Assembly (NCBI GenBank): GCA_965228895.1
Contig: OZ245842.1
Location: 2,112,001-2,176,000, forward strand
Length of the DNA stretch: 64,000 bases
Reading direction: 5' to 3'
From: Alphaproteobacteria bacterium
GTDB lineage: Bacteria; Pseudomonadota; Alphaproteobacteria; SP197
Below the pieces are notes generated by a model. The model was not told the DNA's origin and ran no database searches. It saw only the letters and a list, made by a program, of their open reading frames with translations. The position numbers and the translations under genes are program-made. Positions 43,110-54,188 of the stretch are shown piece after piece (position 1 is the first letter of the stretch; each line of letters opens with the position of its first letter).

Positions 43110-44039
43110 CTAGACCTTCTCAATCTCAGGCTTGCCGAGCAATCCTGTCGGCCGGAAGATCAGCACCAGGATGAGCACGGCGAACGCCGCGACATCTTTG
43201 TATTCGATCGAGAAATAGGCCGACCAGAAGACCTCGATCAGACCAATCAGGAGCCCGCCCAGCATGGCGCCGGGCAGGGAGCCGATGCCGCCCAGGACGG
43301 CGGCGGTGAAGGCCTTAATCCCGGCCAGGAAACCGATATAGAAGTCGATGACACCGTAGTAGAGCATGAACATGAGCCCGGCGACGGCGGCCAGTGCGGC
43401 ACCCATCACAAACGTCAGCGAAATCGTCCGGTCGACGTTGATGCCGACAAGGCCGGCCATCACGCGGTCCTGTTCACACGCCCGCTGGGCTCGGCCCAGA
43501 GCGGTGCGCGCTATCAACAGCGAGAAGGCGATCATCAGTGCGATCGTGATGGCGATGATCAGCATCTGCATGAAGCTCAGCGACACCGAATAGCCGCTGT
43601 CTTCCATCATGTTGACGCCACCGCGGATGACCGGCTGGAGCGGTTTCACCCGAGCGCCTTGAATGAGCTGCACATAGTTTTGCAAGAAGATCGACATGCC
43701 GATGGCGGAGATCAGTGGCGCCAGGCGGAACGATCCGCGCAGCGGTCGATAGGCCAGGCGCTCGACCGTCCAGCCGTAGACGGACGTCAAGACCATGGCG
43801 ATGACCAGCACCAGCAGCAGAGCAAGCGGTATCCAAGTGATGCCGATGACGCCCATGACCAGAAAGGCGATGAGCGCGGTGAACGCGCCGATCATGAAGA
43901 CATCGCCGTGGGCGAAATTGATCATGCCGATGATGCCGTAGACCATCGTGTAACCGATAGCGATCAGGCCGTAGATCGCGCCCAGTGTCAGACCGTTGAT
44001 GAGCTGCTGCGAAAAAACAGCTACATCGAAGTATTCCAT
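43110..44039 (-). CDS. livH: BCAA ABC permease
   Basis: [47 protein letters not shown]. Confidence 0.94.
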   Translation of the reverse strand: MEYFDVAVFSQQLINGLTLGAIYGLIAIGYTMVYGIIGMINFAHGDVFMIGAFTALIAFLVMGVIGITWIPLALLLVLVIAMVLTSVYGWTVERLAYRPLRGSFRLAPLISAIGMSIFLQNYVQLIQGARVKPLQPVIRGGVNMMEDSGYSVSLSFMQMLIIAITIALMIAFSLLIARTALGRAQRACEQDRVMAGLVGINVDRTISLTFVMGAALAAVAGLMFMLYYGVIDFYIGFLAGIKAFTAAVLGGIGSLPGAMLGGLLIGLIEVFWSAYFSIEYKDVAAFAVLILVLIFRPTGLLGKPEIEKV

Positions 44040-44288
44040 GAAAACCCTTGCCCCCGGAACGTCCGCTGTTGCCTCGCCCCACGTCTTGACTGGTTCTTTC
44101 GACCAAGCTTTCGACGCCTTTTCCCAACAGGTACGGAATAGCAATCGGCCCGGCAAGCGAATTCCATGCTCAAATCGGTCAATTCCAGCGACAAATCATG
44201 GCAAACCGGATGGTGCGCCGCACTGGCGCCTTGCCCCACGGTATGGTAGTTCTCCGCGCCTTGAACGCCCGATATGGGGGGATATGAC

Positions 44289-44735
44289 GTGACGGCTGGG
44301 CGCCTTGTCATTGCTTCGGATCACGCTGGCTTTCCTTTAAAGGAAGTGCTGCGCGATGAGCTCGTGGCCATGGGGCTCCAGGTCGATGACCTGGGCACGC
44401 ACAGCGAGGATTCCGTCGATTATCCCGATTTCGCCGAAGCTTTGGCGACAGCGATCAAAAACGGCAAGGCCGATCGTGGTGTTCTCGTCTGCGGGACGGG
44501 GATTGGCATCGGCATGGCGGCAAACCGGTATCCGTGGATACGGGCCGCGGTTTGTCACGACGTCACCTCGACGCGGCTGGCCCGCGCCCACAACGACGCC
44601 AATGTGGTCGTCATGGGCGCGCGTCTGATCGGCAGCGAGACGGCGAAGGATTGCCTGAAGGTATTTCTGGACACCAATTTTGACGGTGACCGCCACGTTC
44701 GACGGGTTGACAAGCTCGCCAAGCTGCCGGCCTGA
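44289..44735 (+). CDS. rpiB: Ribose-5-phosphate isomerase B
   Basis: ASDHAG, VDYPD, CGTGIG, HNDANV, RHVRRV; GTG start inferred. Confidence 0.94.
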   Translation: MTAGRLVIASDHAGFPLKEVLRDELVAMGLQVDDLGTHSEDSVDYPDFAEALATAIKNGKADRGVLVCGTGIGIGMAANRYPWIRAAVCHDVTSTRLARAHNDANVVVMGARLIGSETAKDCLKVFLDTNFDGDRHVRRVDKLAKLPA

Positions 44736-44784
44736 ACCCAACACAAGATAAAACGACGAGAAACCTATTTTGGAGAACACGCCC

Positions 44785-46095
44785 ATGTCCGTCGCGGAAC
44801 AGACCCTTGCGTCGTCGGATTTCTTTACCCGCCGGATCGCCGACAGCGATCCCGAAGTGCTGCGGTCCATCAAAGGCGAGCTGCATCGCCAGCGCGACCA
44901 GATCGAACTGATCGCGTCCGAGAACATCGTCTCGACGGCGGTGTTGGAGGCGCAGGGCACGGTCCTGACCAACAAGTACGCCGAAGGTTATCCGGGCCGG
45001 CGCTACTACGGCGGCTGCGAATACGTCGATGTCGCCGAGCAGCTTGCCATCGACCGGGCCAAGCAGCTCTTTGGCTGCAACTTCGCCAACGTACAGCCTC
45101 ATTCCGGCGCCCAGGCGAACGGTGCGGTCTTCCTGGCGCTGCTTCAACCCGGCGACACGATCCTCGGCATGTCGCTCGCCCATGGCGGTCATCTGACCCA
45201 TGGCGCGGCGCCCAGCCTGTCAGGCAAGTGGTTCAACGCGGTCGGTTACGGTGTGCGCGAAGAAGACGCGCTGATCGACTATGACGCCATGGCGAAGCTG
45301 GCGGAGGAGCACAAGCCCAAGCTGATTATCGCCGGCGGTTCGGCCTATCCGCGCATCATCGATTTCCCGCGCATGCGCGAGATCGCCGATTCTGTCGGCG
45401 CTTACCTGATGGTCGACATGGCGCACTTCGCCGGTCTTGTCGCGACAGGCGTCCATCCGACGCCGCTGCCGCACGCCCATGTGGTGACCACGACGACCCA
45501 TAAGACCCTGCGCGGCCCCCGCGGCGGCATGATCCTCACCAACGACGAAGCGATCGGCAAGAAGGTCAATTCGGCCGTGTTCCCTGGTCTGCAGGGCGGC
45601 CCTTTGATGCATGTGATCGCGGCCAAGGCGGTCGCCTTTGGCGAGGCGCTCAGGCCCGACTTCAAGGCCTATAGCCAGTCGGTCGTCGACAACGCCAAGA
45701 CCCTGGCCGGCGCCATGGTTGATGGCGGTCTGGCGGTCGTTTCCGGCGGCACCGATACGCATCTGATGCTGGTCGACCTCAGGCCCAAGGGGCTGACCGG
45801 CAATATCGCCGAACGCAGCCTGGAAAACGCCGGCATCACCTGCAACAAGAATGCGATCCCGTTCGATCCGGAAAAGCCGATGGTGACATCGGGCATCCGG
45901 CTGGGCACGCCGGCCGGCACGACGCGCGGTTTCGGTACCGCCGAATTCCTGCAGGTCGGTCATCTGATCGTCGAGGTGCTGGACGGTCTGGTCGCCAATC
46001 CCGACGACAACAGCGCGGCGGAAAAAGCGGTCGAGGCCAAGGTGGCCGAGCTGTGCCGGCGTTTCCCGGTCTATCAGGACATGAACGTAGGATAA
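44785..46095 (+). CDS. glyA: Serine hydroxymethyltransferase
   Basis: [34 protein letters not shown]. Confidence 0.98.
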   Translation: MSVAEQTLASSDFFTRRIADSDPEVLRSIKGELHRQRDQIELIASENIVSTAVLEAQGTVLTNKYAEGYPGRRYYGGCEYVDVAEQLAIDRAKQLFGCNFANVQPHSGAQANGAVFLALLQPGDTILGMSLAHGGHLTHGAAPSLSGKWFNAVGYGVREEDALIDYDAMAKLAEEHKPKLIIAGGSAYPRIIDFPRMREIADSVGAYLMVDMAHFAGLVATGVHPTPLPHAHVVTTTTHKTLRGPRGGMILTNDEAIGKKVNSAVFPGLQGGPLMHVIAAKAVAFGEALRPDFKAYSQSVVDNAKTLAGAMVDGGLAVVSGGTDTHLMLVDLRPKGLTGNIAERSLENAGITCNKNAIPFDPEKPMVTSGIRLGTPAGTTRGFGTAEFLQVGHLIVEVLDGLVANPDDNSAAEKAVEAKVAELCRRFPVYQDMNVG

Positions 46096-46104
46096 GCCCG
46101 AACC

Positions 46105-46572
46105 ATGCGCTGCCCCTTCTGCGGACACGACGACACCCAGGTTAAGGATTCCAGGCCGACCGAAGACGGCGCCACCATCAGGCGGCGTCGTCAGTGTCTG
46201 GAATGCGGCGCTCGGTTCACGACCTTTGAGCGGATCCAACTGCGCGAGCTGACCGTCGTCAAAAAGAGCGGCAGCCGCGCGCCGTTCGACCGTGACAAGC
46301 TGGCGCGATCGATCGAGATCGCGGTACGCAAGCGCCCGGTCGATCCCGAGCGGGTCGAGCGCATGGTGTCCGGCATCCAGCGGCGCCTGGAGAGCATGGG
46401 TGAGACGGAGATCCCGTCGACCGTGATCGGCGAGATGGTGATGGAAGCCCTGCGCAATCTCGATCAGGTCGCCTATGTCCGCTTTGCGTCGGTCTACCGC
46501 AACTTCCGCGAAGCGAAGGATTTTGAGCAGTTCATCGAACAAATCGACGGCGCCGGCTTCGTCGACGATTAA
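46105..46572 (+). CDS. nrdR: Transcriptional repressor NrdR
   Basis: MRCPFC...[15 protein letters not shown] zinc ribbon plus ATP cone, AYVRFASVY. Confidence 0.97.
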   Translation: MRCPFCGHDDTQVKDSRPTEDGATIRRRRQCLECGARFTTFERIQLRELTVVKKSGSRAPFDRDKLARSIEIAVRKRPVDPERVERMVSGIQRRLESMGETEIPSTVIGEMVMEALRNLDQVAYVRFASVYRNFREAKDFEQFIEQIDGAGFVDD

Positions 46573-46591
46573 GCACGACGACCGCGCCCAT

Positions 46592-47689
46592 ATGGCGGCG
46601 GCTTTAGGACTCGCTGCGCGCGGCCTTGGCCGTGTCTGGCCGAATCCGGCGGTCGGCTGTGTCATCGTCAACCAGGACCGTGTCGTCGGGCGTGGCTGGA
46701 CCCAACCCGGCGGCAGACCGCACGCCGAGACCGAAGCGCTGGGCCGGGCAGGCGAGGCGGCGCGGGGCGCGACCGCCTATGTCACGTTCGAACCGTGCGC
46801 CCATCATGGACAGACGCCGCCCTGTGCCGAAGCGCTCGTGGCCGCTGGCGTTGCGCGCGTCGTCATCGCCTGTCCCGATCCCGACCTCCGTGTCTCGGGC
46901 GAGGGTGTCGCGATCTTGAAGACCGCCGGCATCGAAGTCGTGGAAGACGTGATGCGCGAGAAGGCCGAGGCCCTGAACCAGGGTTTCCTGACGCGCTTGT
47001 CCGCCGATCGACCGATGGTGACGTTGAAGATCGCGGCGAGCATCGACGGACGGGTCGCCACCGCGAGCGGCCATAGTCGCTGGATCACCAGCGAGCCGGC
47101 CCGCCGCCTGGGCCACTTGCTGCGCGCCAAGCACGACGCCATCACCGTCGGCTCGGGTACCGTGCAAGCCGACAACCCGCTTCTGACCTGCCGCCTGCAC
47201 GGGCTGGAAGCCGCGTCGCCGGTGCGTGTTGTCTTCGACGGTCAACTGTCGACACCGCCTGCCAGCCACCTGGTCACGACCGCCGATGAGGTTTTGACGT
47301 GGCTGGTGACGACCAGCGCGGCGCCGAAGGCCAACCGCAAGGCGTTGGCCGACACCGATGTCGAGATCCTGGATGTCGCCGGTCACCGCGGTGGATCGAT
47401 CGATATGACCGACGCCCTGGAGGTTCTGGCCGCGCGCGGTTTGACCCGTATGCTGGTTGAGGGCGGGCCACGCCTGGCGACGGTGTTTCTGAAGGCCGGC
47501 CTGGCGGACCGCGTCGCCTGGTTCAGTGCGCCGATTGCGCTGGGCGGTGATGCCATGCCGGCCTTGAGCGATCTTGGTCTGGACCGCGTCGACGATGCCA
47601 TACGCCTGGTGCCCGATGAAACCATGGCTATTGGTGACGATATGCTTCGTATGGCCCATGTGCTGCACGCAGAAACCGGAGAGCAATAG
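46592..47689 (+). CDS. ribD: Riboflavin biosynthesis deaminase/reductase
   Basis: PNPAVGCV, HAE, EPCAHHGQTPPC, SRWITS, VEGG; true start may be slightly upstream. Confidence 0.95.
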   Translation: MAAALGLAARGLGRVWPNPAVGCVIVNQDRVVGRGWTQPGGRPHAETEALGRAGEAARGATAYVTFEPCAHHGQTPPCAEALVAAGVARVVIACPDPDLRVSGEGVAILKTAGIEVVEDVMREKAEALNQGFLTRLSADRPMVTLKIAASIDGRVATASGHSRWITSEPARRLGHLLRAKHDAITVGSGTVQADNPLLTCRLHGLEAASPVRVVFDGQLSTPPASHLVTTADEVLTWLVTTSAAPKANRKALADTDVEILDVAGHRGGSIDMTDALEVLAARGLTRMLVEGGPRLATVFLKAGLADRVAWFSAPIALGGDAMPALSDLGLDRVDDAIRLVPDETMAIGDDMLRMAHVLHAETGEQ

Positions 47690-48301
47690 ATGTTCACAGG
47701 GATCGTCACCGATGTCGGCTCGGTTGAGGTTGTCGAGGCGCGTGGCGACAAGCGTTTCGTGATCAAGACGGCCTATGACATGGACGAGGTCGATATTGGC
47801 GCTTCGATCGCGTGTTCCGGTGTTTGCCTGACGGTCGTCGAGAAGGACAAGCACACCTTCGCCGTCGACGTCTCCGCCGAAAGCCTGTCCCGCTCGGTGC
47901 TCGGCGATTGGGTCGAGGGCTCCAAGGTCAACCTGGAACGCTCGCTCAAGCTGGGCGACGAGATGGGCGGTCATATCGTCTCCGGCCATGTCGACGGGAT
48001 CGGCCGGATCGCGGCGATGACGCCGGAGGGGGATTCCGTCCGCTACGATTTCGCCGTACCCGACAACCTCGCGCGGTTCATTGCCGAGAAGGGCTCAATC
48101 GCGGTCGACGGCGTATCGCTGACGGTCAACAAGGTCTGGGTCGAGGGCGGCGAGCACCGTTTCGGCGTCAACATCATTCCGCACACCCAGTCGGTGACAA
48201 CCTTTGGCGCCTACAAGGTCGGCGACCGGGTGAACCTGGAGATCGATATGCTGGCGCGCTACGTCGCGCGGCTGGCGGAGGTGACGTCCGCACCAGGCTA
48301 A
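47690..48301 (+). CDS. ribE: Riboflavin synthase (alpha chain)
   Basis: MFTGI start, SIACSGVCLTV, GGHIVSGHVDG, KGSIAVDGVSLTVN. Confidence 0.96.
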   Translation: MFTGIVTDVGSVEVVEARGDKRFVIKTAYDMDEVDIGASIACSGVCLTVVEKDKHTFAVDVSAESLSRSVLGDWVEGSKVNLERSLKLGDEMGGHIVSGHVDGIGRIAAMTPEGDSVRYDFAVPDNLARFIAEKGSIAVDGVSLTVNKVWVEGGEHRFGVNIIPHTQSVTTFGAYKVGDRVNLEIDMLARYVARLAEVTSAPG

Positions 48302-48309
48302 CCCGTTCG

Positions 48310-49230
48310 TTAGCGCAAGGCCGCGATCGCCTGTCGGACGAAGTCCGCGTGGTGCTCTTGCATCTCCCGCAGTTCGTCCGGCTGCAAACCCCATGTTCCA
48401 AGCTTTGAACAAGGTCGCAGCGCGGCGTAGAGGTCCCAAAGCGGCAGGGCGTTGAAATCGCTTCCGGACTTTTGTTGATAGCAGGCGGAAAACGTCTCCA
48501 TGGCATTGACGCCGTGTTGCCACAGAATTTCAAGGCGCGCGTTCGCAACGTCGGCGAGCGGATCGCCGGCCCCGGCATCCTCCCAATCGATCACGGCGGC
48601 CAGTTTGCCGCCGCGCCACAGCACGTTGCGCGGCCAGTAGTCGCCATGCAGCACCGAGCGCTCTTGTTCACGCTTCGGCGGCCACGATGCCAAGAGCGCC
48701 TCGCGGATCAGACCTTCGGAGAGGCTGCCGTCAAGCCGTTCAGGCGGGTTCACCAGCGCGGTGGCGACCGTGCGCTGTGGGTCAGGCAGGAACGAAAGGG
48801 CAGGATCATTCCCGTCGAGACGGTGGAGGTCGGCGAGGAAGACCGCCATCTGCGCCAAGCTGTCGTTCAGGTTGCCGGCCTCGATGGTGTCGGTGCCGTC
48901 GACAAACGCGATGACGATGCACGGCGAGCCCAGAATCGTGCCGATTTCGTCGACATAATAGGGCTCAGGCACCGCCAGTCCGGAAGCATAGAGGCATGTC
49001 AGCAAACGATATTCGTCACCGGCTACGTTTGGATTGGCGTCGAGGTCACGAGAGCCGTGGCGTCGGACGACCAGTTCTTCGATACGGCCATCCGGCTGCT
49101 CGATGTCCAGCAGCGTTGTCTCCGCCGAAACCCCGCCTTCGAGAACCCGAACTGCACGCAGACGCGCATCGGGTCGAAGCCGTTTGGCAAGGGCTTCGAA
49201 ACCGGCGGCGTTGCTTGACGACGTGGGCAT
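48310..49230 (-). CDS. APH/choline-kinase-like phosphotransferase
   Basis: LEGGVS loop, LHGDYWPRNVL, VIDWE, GDPLADVA. Confidence 0.87.
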   Translation of the reverse strand: MPTSSSNAAGFEALAKRLRPDARLRAVRVLEGGVSAETTLLDIEQPDGRIEELVVRRHGSRDLDANPNVAGDEYRLLTCLYASGLAVPEPYYVDEIGTILGSPCIVIAFVDGTDTIEAGNLNDSLAQMAVFLADLHRLDGNDPALSFLPDPQRTVATALVNPPERLDGSLSEGLIREALLASWPPKREQERSVLHGDYWPRNVLWRGGKLAAVIDWEDAGAGDPLADVANARLEILWQHGVNAMETFSACYQQKSGSDFNALPLWDLYAALRPCSKLGTWGLQPDELREMQEHHADFVRQAIAALR

Positions 49231-49410
49231 GACGGCAACCTTGTGCGTCGGCGGGTCGGATCTTCTAGAAGGGTGGCGAGGGGCTGTCCATGGGCGATCG
49301 CCACGTGATACTGGCGGTCGGCGCACATTTGTGCGAAGGCAGGGTTTGTTGCGAAACCGGAAACGTTGAACAAAGGGCCCTGATGCTTTGGGGGCCAGGG
49401 AGACACAACG

Positions 49411-49851
49411 ATGGCGACAACGCCGCATATCTTGATCCTCGAAGCACGTTACTACCAGGAAATCACCGACGAACTGGCCGAAGGCGCGATCGCCGAGCTC
49501 GATGCATGGGGCGCAACTTGGGAACGGGTAGAACTGTCAGGCGCTTTTGAGATCCCCGGCGGTTTGCAGATGGCGATCGCGACCGGCAAGTATGACGGCT
49601 ACCTGACGCTGGGCTGTGTGATCCGAGGCGAAACCAGCCACTACGATCACATCTGCAACGAGGTTGCGCGTGGCGTGAACGAGCTTGCTATGAAACATAT
49701 GGCGCCGATCGGTTTTGGCGTGCTGACCGTCGAGAACTGGGACCAGGCCAAGGCGCGCGCCGACGTCAAGGGGCGCAACAAAGGCCGCGAGGCGGCGATT
49801 GCGTGCATCAAGATGGTGGAGTTGAGCCGTACGTTGAAGGTCACCGGATGA
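49411..49851 (+). CDS. ribH: 6,7-dimethyl-8-ribityllumazine synthase
   Basis: SGAFEIP, LGCVIRGETSHYD, FGVLT, NKG.EAA. Confidence 0.96.
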   Translation: MATTPHILILEARYYQEITDELAEGAIAELDAWGATWERVELSGAFEIPGGLQMAIATGKYDGYLTLGCVIRGETSHYDHICNEVARGVNELAMKHMAPIGFGVLTVENWDQAKARADVKGRNKGREAAIACIKMVELSRTLKVTG

Positions 49852-50354
49852 GCCGAACGGCGCGCAAGAAAAACGCCGGCCTGACGACGGCGGCCAGATT
49901 GGCCGCTGTGCAGGCGCTTTATCAGGTTGAGCTCGGCGCTGCCGGGCCGGAGGACGCGCTGGCCACGGTCATCGCGCGCGGTGCCACCCTGGACGAGACG
50001 GGTCTGGCCGCCGAGGCCGATCCGGAAATCGCCTCGATCATCGTGCGCGGCGTGACCGAGGGCGCGACGCAGGAGCGTCTGGATGCGATGATTGACGGCG
50101 CCCTGGCCGACGATTGGTCGCTGGCGCGGTTAGAGGTCTTGATGCGATCCATTCTGCGCGCCGGGGCGTTCGAATTGCTCGATCGGCCGGATGTGCCGGC
50201 CAAGGTCGTGATCAACGAGTACGTCGACGTTGCGAACGCTTTTTTCGACCGGGGCGAACCGGGCATGGTGAACGCGGTCCTCGACAAGCTGGCCCATGGC
50301 CTTAGAGACACTGAGTTCGCTGCGCCCGAGGCGGCGACATCCGGGCGTGGATGA
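49848..50354 (+). CDS. nusB: Antitermination factor NusB
   Basis: ARLAAVQALYQ, ILRAGAFEL, VINEYVDVA, VNAVLD. Confidence 0.95.
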   Translation: MSRTARKKNAGLTTAARLAAVQALYQVELGAAGPEDALATVIARGATLDETGLAAEADPEIASIIVRGVTEGATQERLDAMIDGALADDWSLARLEVLMRSILRAGAFELLDRPDVPAKVVINEYVDVANAFFDRGEPGMVNAVLDKLAHGLRDTEFAAPEAATSGRG

Positions 50355-51318
50355 GTTCGATCTGATCAAACGCCTTTTGGCGCCGCTCGCCGCAGCGACG
50401 CCGGGAACCTTCAATCTTGCAAACGACGCCGCGGTCATCAGCCCGCCTGCTGGTGAAGATCTGGTGATCACCAAGGACATGGCGGCGGCCGGCGTCCATT
50501 TTCTGCCCGATGATCCGCCGGACCTGATCGCCCGCAAGCTGCTGCGGGTCAATCTCTCCGATCTCGCGGCCATGGGGGCGAGCCCGCTCGGTTATCTGGT
50601 CGGCGCCGGTTTCAGCGAACCTTTGGACGAGGGCTGGATTGCCCGGTTCGTCGACGGCTTGAGATCCGATCAGCAGACGTTCGGCATCGGCCTGTTGGGT
50701 GGCGACACGATCACGGTTGGGCGTTCGCCCCTGGTCCTGTCGCTGACCGCTTTGGGCCTCGTGCCGCACGGTCAAGCGCTGACTCGCTCTGGCGCCGCGC
50801 CCGGCGATGTGTTGGCCGTGAGCGGTACGCTGGGCGACGCTGCGTTGGGATTGCGGTGCCTGCGCGATGAGGTATCGGCGGACGCCGATGACCGCGACTA
50901 TCTTGTCGACCGCTATCGATTGCCCAGGCCGCGGTTGGACCTGGGCAATGCGCTTCGTGGCCTGGCAACAGCGGCGCTCGATATCTCTGATGGTCTGGTT
51001 GCCGATGCCAACCATCTAAGCGAGGAATCCAACGTCGCGATCCGGATCGATGCCGGGCGCCTTCCGCTTTCCGTCCCGGCACAACGTTTGGTGGGCCGCG
51101 ATCCCAAGCATCTCGACGATGTGCTGACCGGCGGTGACGACTATGAGCTGCTGTTCACGATCCATGAGGCGTCTCTCGCGGCGCTTCGCCAAACGGACAT
51201 TGCCGTGAGCATCATCGGCTCGGTCGAGGAGGGTTCAGGCGTCCGCGTCAACGATGCCACGGGCAACGACATCACGCCGAAACGCGCGGGATGGCGCCAC
51301 GGTGAATCCGTGTCTTGA
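50347..51318 (+). CDS. thiL: Thiamine-monophosphate kinase
   Basis: EFDLI, GVHF, VNLSDLAAMG, GGDT, DISDGL, GGDDYELLFT. Confidence 0.95.
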   Translation: MDEFDLIKRLLAPLAAATPGTFNLANDAAVISPPAGEDLVITKDMAAAGVHFLPDDPPDLIARKLLRVNLSDLAAMGASPLGYLVGAGFSEPLDEGWIARFVDGLRSDQQTFGIGLLGGDTITVGRSPLVLSLTALGLVPHGQALTRSGAAPGDVLAVSGTLGDAALGLRCLRDEVSADADDRDYLVDRYRLPRPRLDLGNALRGLATAALDISDGLVADANHLSEESNVAIRIDAGRLPLSVPAQRLVGRDPKHLDDVLTGGDDYELLFTIHEASLAALRQTDIAVSIIGSVEEGSGVRVNDATGNDITPKRAGWRHGESVS

Positions 51319-51456
51319 GCGTTGTGCACCGCAATATGTTGAAATCGTTTACCAGTTTTGGCATGGTCCGCGCGATTTTGGATCGGGGGCACGGTACCGC
51401 CGGGTCACGGCGGTTGGTGGGGCTGATCTAGCCGGATTTGCAGGAGTTCTAGAACA

Positions 51457-53535
51457 ATGACGACGGCATTGTGGTTCGCTATCGCGTGCGGCGTGGTAGC
51501 CATTCTTTATGGCATTTATGCCATTCGATCGGTGGTTGCCGCTGATCCTGGCAACGCGCGCATGCAGGAGATTGCCGGCGCCATTCAGGAGGGCGCGCAG
51601 GCTTATCTGAACCGCCAGTACCTGACGATCGGCGCGGCGGGCGTTGTCATTTTCGTGCTGCTGCTGGTCCTGCTGGGCTTGTGGCAGGCGATCGGTTTTG
51701 CCATCGGCGCGGTGCTCTCCGGCGCGGCCGGTTACATCGGCATGCTGGTCTCGGTACGCGCCAACGTGCGGACCGCCGAAGCGGCACGCACCAGCCTGGA
51801 AAACGCCATGGGCATCGCCGTGCGCGGCGGTGCGGTGACCGGCATCCTGGTGGTCGGCCTCGGTCTTCTGGGCGTCGCCATCTACTACGTCATCCTGCTT
51901 GGCATCGAGGTGCCGCAGCGTGAGATCGTCGAAGCGCTGGTTGCGCTTGGTTTCGGCGGCTCGCTGATCTCGATCTTCGCGCGTCTGGGCGGTGGTATCT
52001 TCACCAAGGGTGCGGATGTCGGCGCCGACCTGGTTGGTAAGGTCGAGGCGGGCATCCCCGAAGACGACCCGCGAAATCCCGCGGTCATCGCCGATAACGT
52101 TGGCGACAATGTGGGCGACTGCGCCGGCATGGCCGCCGACCTCTTCGAGACCTATGCGGTGACCTTCGTCGCCACCATGCTGCTCGCTTCGATCTTTTTC
52201 ACCGGTGAAACGCAATTGGCCATGATGGCCTTCCCGCTGGTCCTGGGCGGCGCCTGCATCCTGGGTACCGTCGTCGGCAACTTCTTCATGAAGCTCGGCG
52301 GCAGCCAGAACATCATGGCGGCACTCTACAAGGGGTTCCTGGTCACCGCTGTGATCTCGGCGATCCTGTTCATCCCGGTCACCGAATGGATCCTGGGGCT
52401 GGGCACCGAGTTCACCGCCGGCACCACGACCTTCACCGGCTGGGACATGTTCTTCTGCGGTCTGCTGGGCCTGGTCGTGACCGGTCTCTTGATCTGGGTG
52501 ACCGAATACTACACCTCGACCGAGTATCGTCCGGTGAAGGTGATCGCCAAGGCGTCGACGACCGGCCACGGCACCAACGTGATCCAGGGGCTCGCCATCT
52601 CCATGGAGGCGACGGCGGTTCCGGTCCTGATCATCTGTGGCGGTATCCTGGTCGGCTACCTGATCGCCGGCCTGTTCGGTATTGCTATCGCCGTCACCAC
52701 CATGCTGGCCTTGGCCGGCGTCGTCGTGACGCTCGATGCCTACGGCCCGATCACCGACAACGCCGGCGGCATTGCCGAGATGGCCGAACTGCCGGAGGAC
52801 GTGCGCAAGACGACCGACGCGCTTGACGCTGTCGGCAACACGACCAAGGCGGTAACCAAGGGTTACGCCATTGGATCGGCCGGTTTGGCCGCGCTGGTGC
52901 TGTTCGCGGCCTATGTCGAGGATCTTCAGCATTACTTCCCGGATCTCGACGTGACGTTCAGGCTCGCTGATCCCTACGTCGTGATCGGCCTCTTCATTGG
53001 CGGCTTGCTGCCTTATCTCTTCGGCTCGCTCGCCATGCAGGCGGTCGGCCGGGCCGCCGGCTCGGTCGTCGAGGAGGTGCGCCGGCAGTTCCGCGAGATC
53101 GCCGGCATCATGGAAGGCACCGGCAAGCCGGACTACAGCCGCGCGGTCGATCTGCTGACCAAGGCGGCGATCCGCGAGATGATCATTCCCTCGCTTCTGC
53201 CTGTCCTGGCGCCGATCGTGATCTACCTCGTGATCTGGGCGATCGCAGGTCAGAGCCAGGCGTTCTCGACGCTAGGCGCGATGCTGCTCGGCACCATCGT
53301 CACCGGCCTTTTCGTCGCGATTTCGATGACGTCGGGCGGCGGCGCTTGGGATAACGCCAAGAAGTACATCGAGGACGGCCAGCACGGCGGCAAGGGTTCG
53401 GAAGCCCATCACGCCGCGGTGACCGGCGATACGGTCGGTGATCCCTACAAGGACACCGCCGGTCCGGCGGTCAACCCGATGATCAAGATCATCAACATCG
53501 TGGCGCTGCTGCTCCTGGCCATGCTGGGCGGCTGA
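51457..53535 (+). CDS. hppA: Membrane-integral pyrophosphatase, K+-independent H+-pumping type
   Basis: [35 protein letters not shown] (Lys), [14 protein letters not shown]. Confidence 0.95.
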   Translation: MTTALWFAIACGVVAILYGIYAIRSVVAADPGNARMQEIAGAIQEGAQAYLNRQYLTIGAAGVVIFVLLLVLLGLWQAIGFAIGAVLSGAAGYIGMLVSVRANVRTAEAARTSLENAMGIAVRGGAVTGILVVGLGLLGVAIYYVILLGIEVPQREIVEALVALGFGGSLISIFARLGGGIFTKGADVGADLVGKVEAGIPEDDPRNPAVIADNVGDNVGDCAGMAADLFETYAVTFVATMLLASIFFTGETQLAMMAFPLVLGGACILGTVVGNFFMKLGGSQNIMAALYKGFLVTAVISAILFIPVTEWILGLGTEFTAGTTTFTGWDMFFCGLLGLVVTGLLIWVTEYYTSTEYRPVKVIAKASTTGHGTNVIQGLAISMEATAVPVLIICGGILVGYLIAGLFGIAIAVTTMLALAGVVVTLDAYGPITDNAGGIAEMAELPEDVRKTTDALDAVGNTTKAVTKGYAIGSAGLAALVLFAAYVEDLQHYFPDLDVTFRLADPYVVIGLFIGGLLPYLFGSLAMQAVGRAAGSVVEEVRRQFREIAGIMEGTGKPDYSRAVDLLTKAAIREMIIPSLLPVLAPIVIYLVIWAIAGQSQAFSTLGAMLLGTIVTGLFVAISMTSGGGAWDNAKKYIEDGQHGGKGSEAHHAAVTGDTVGDPYKDTAGPAVNPMIKIINIVALLLLAMLGG

Positions 53536-53554
53536 CGACCACGGCAGTCGAAAC

Positions 53555-53596
53555 AAAGACGCCCCGATGCCTTGACCGCATCGGGGCGTTTTTTTG
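53555..53596. terminator. Bidirectional intrinsic terminator between hppA and bamE
   Basis: ACGCCCCGATGC/GCATCGGGGCGT stem, T-run on + strand and A-rich 5' flank. Confidence 0.85.
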
Positions 53597-53614
53597 TTGG
53601 CTTGCCGGCTTCGA

Positions 53615-54109
53615 TTAGACGCCTGGAACCGGCGATTGCCGTGGTTCGTTGTCCTGACCGGCGAACCGGCCGATATTGCCCAGGAGTTGCTCCAACAAGC
53701 CAAGCTCCTTGCCGTAGGTTGGCGTCGTGCGGCTGACCGGGTCGACCAGATAGCCATCTGCCAGCACATACTCGTCGATCTCGGTGACCACGCCTGCGTC
53801 GTTGAAGGCGATGGCGACAACCCGTTGGTCGACGACCTCTGGTTCGAAGAAGGCGACCGATTCCGTTCGTTCTGTGATGTAGAGCCAGGTCGGCTTGCCG
53901 AACAGGGCTGTCGTGGACGGCGTGCCGAGGAACTGCGCGACTTCAAGCTCGTTGTGGACACCTGGTTGGATACGGCCCAAGGCGTCGGGATCCGGCACAT
54001 ACCCGTGGGTCGTGATCCGCGGCGAACACGCCGCCAGGACCAGGACCGTCACACACGCTGTCATACAGGTTTTGACCGCTGTTGCGCTGAACCGGCGCAT
54101 ATCCATCAT
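53615..54109 (-). CDS. bamE: Outer membrane assembly lipoprotein BamE
   Basis: Lipobox LAAC, HGYVP, LGTPS, WLYI, TPTYG; conserved position divergent from cbp3. Confidence 0.9.
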   Translation of the reverse strand: MMDMRRFSATAVKTCMTACVTVLVLAACSPRITTHGYVPDPDALGRIQPGVHNELEVAQFLGTPSTTALFGKPTWLYITERTESVAFFEPEVVDQRVVAIAFNDAGVVTEIDEYVLADGYLVDPVSRTTPTYGKELGLLEQLLGNIGRFAGQDNEPRQSPVPGV

Positions 54110-54188
54110 TGACCGACCCCGTTCTGCCGCCTATGTGACGCGCAAGATGCGAGCGATTGGGCCCGGCTGTCAACTGGGTCGCGCAAGG

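Noticed and set aside
48310-49230. Aminoglycoside resistance gene
   Set aside because: Only the generic APH/choline kinase fold motifs are visible; no mobile context
46573-49410. FMN riboswitch in the rib cluster
   Set aside because: No RFN motifs recognised in the short intergenic regions
51457-53535. Na+-translocating pyrophosphatase
   Set aside because: GNTTKA carries Lys, the marker of K+-independent H+-pumping enzymes; Na+-PPases are K+-dependent with Ala at this position
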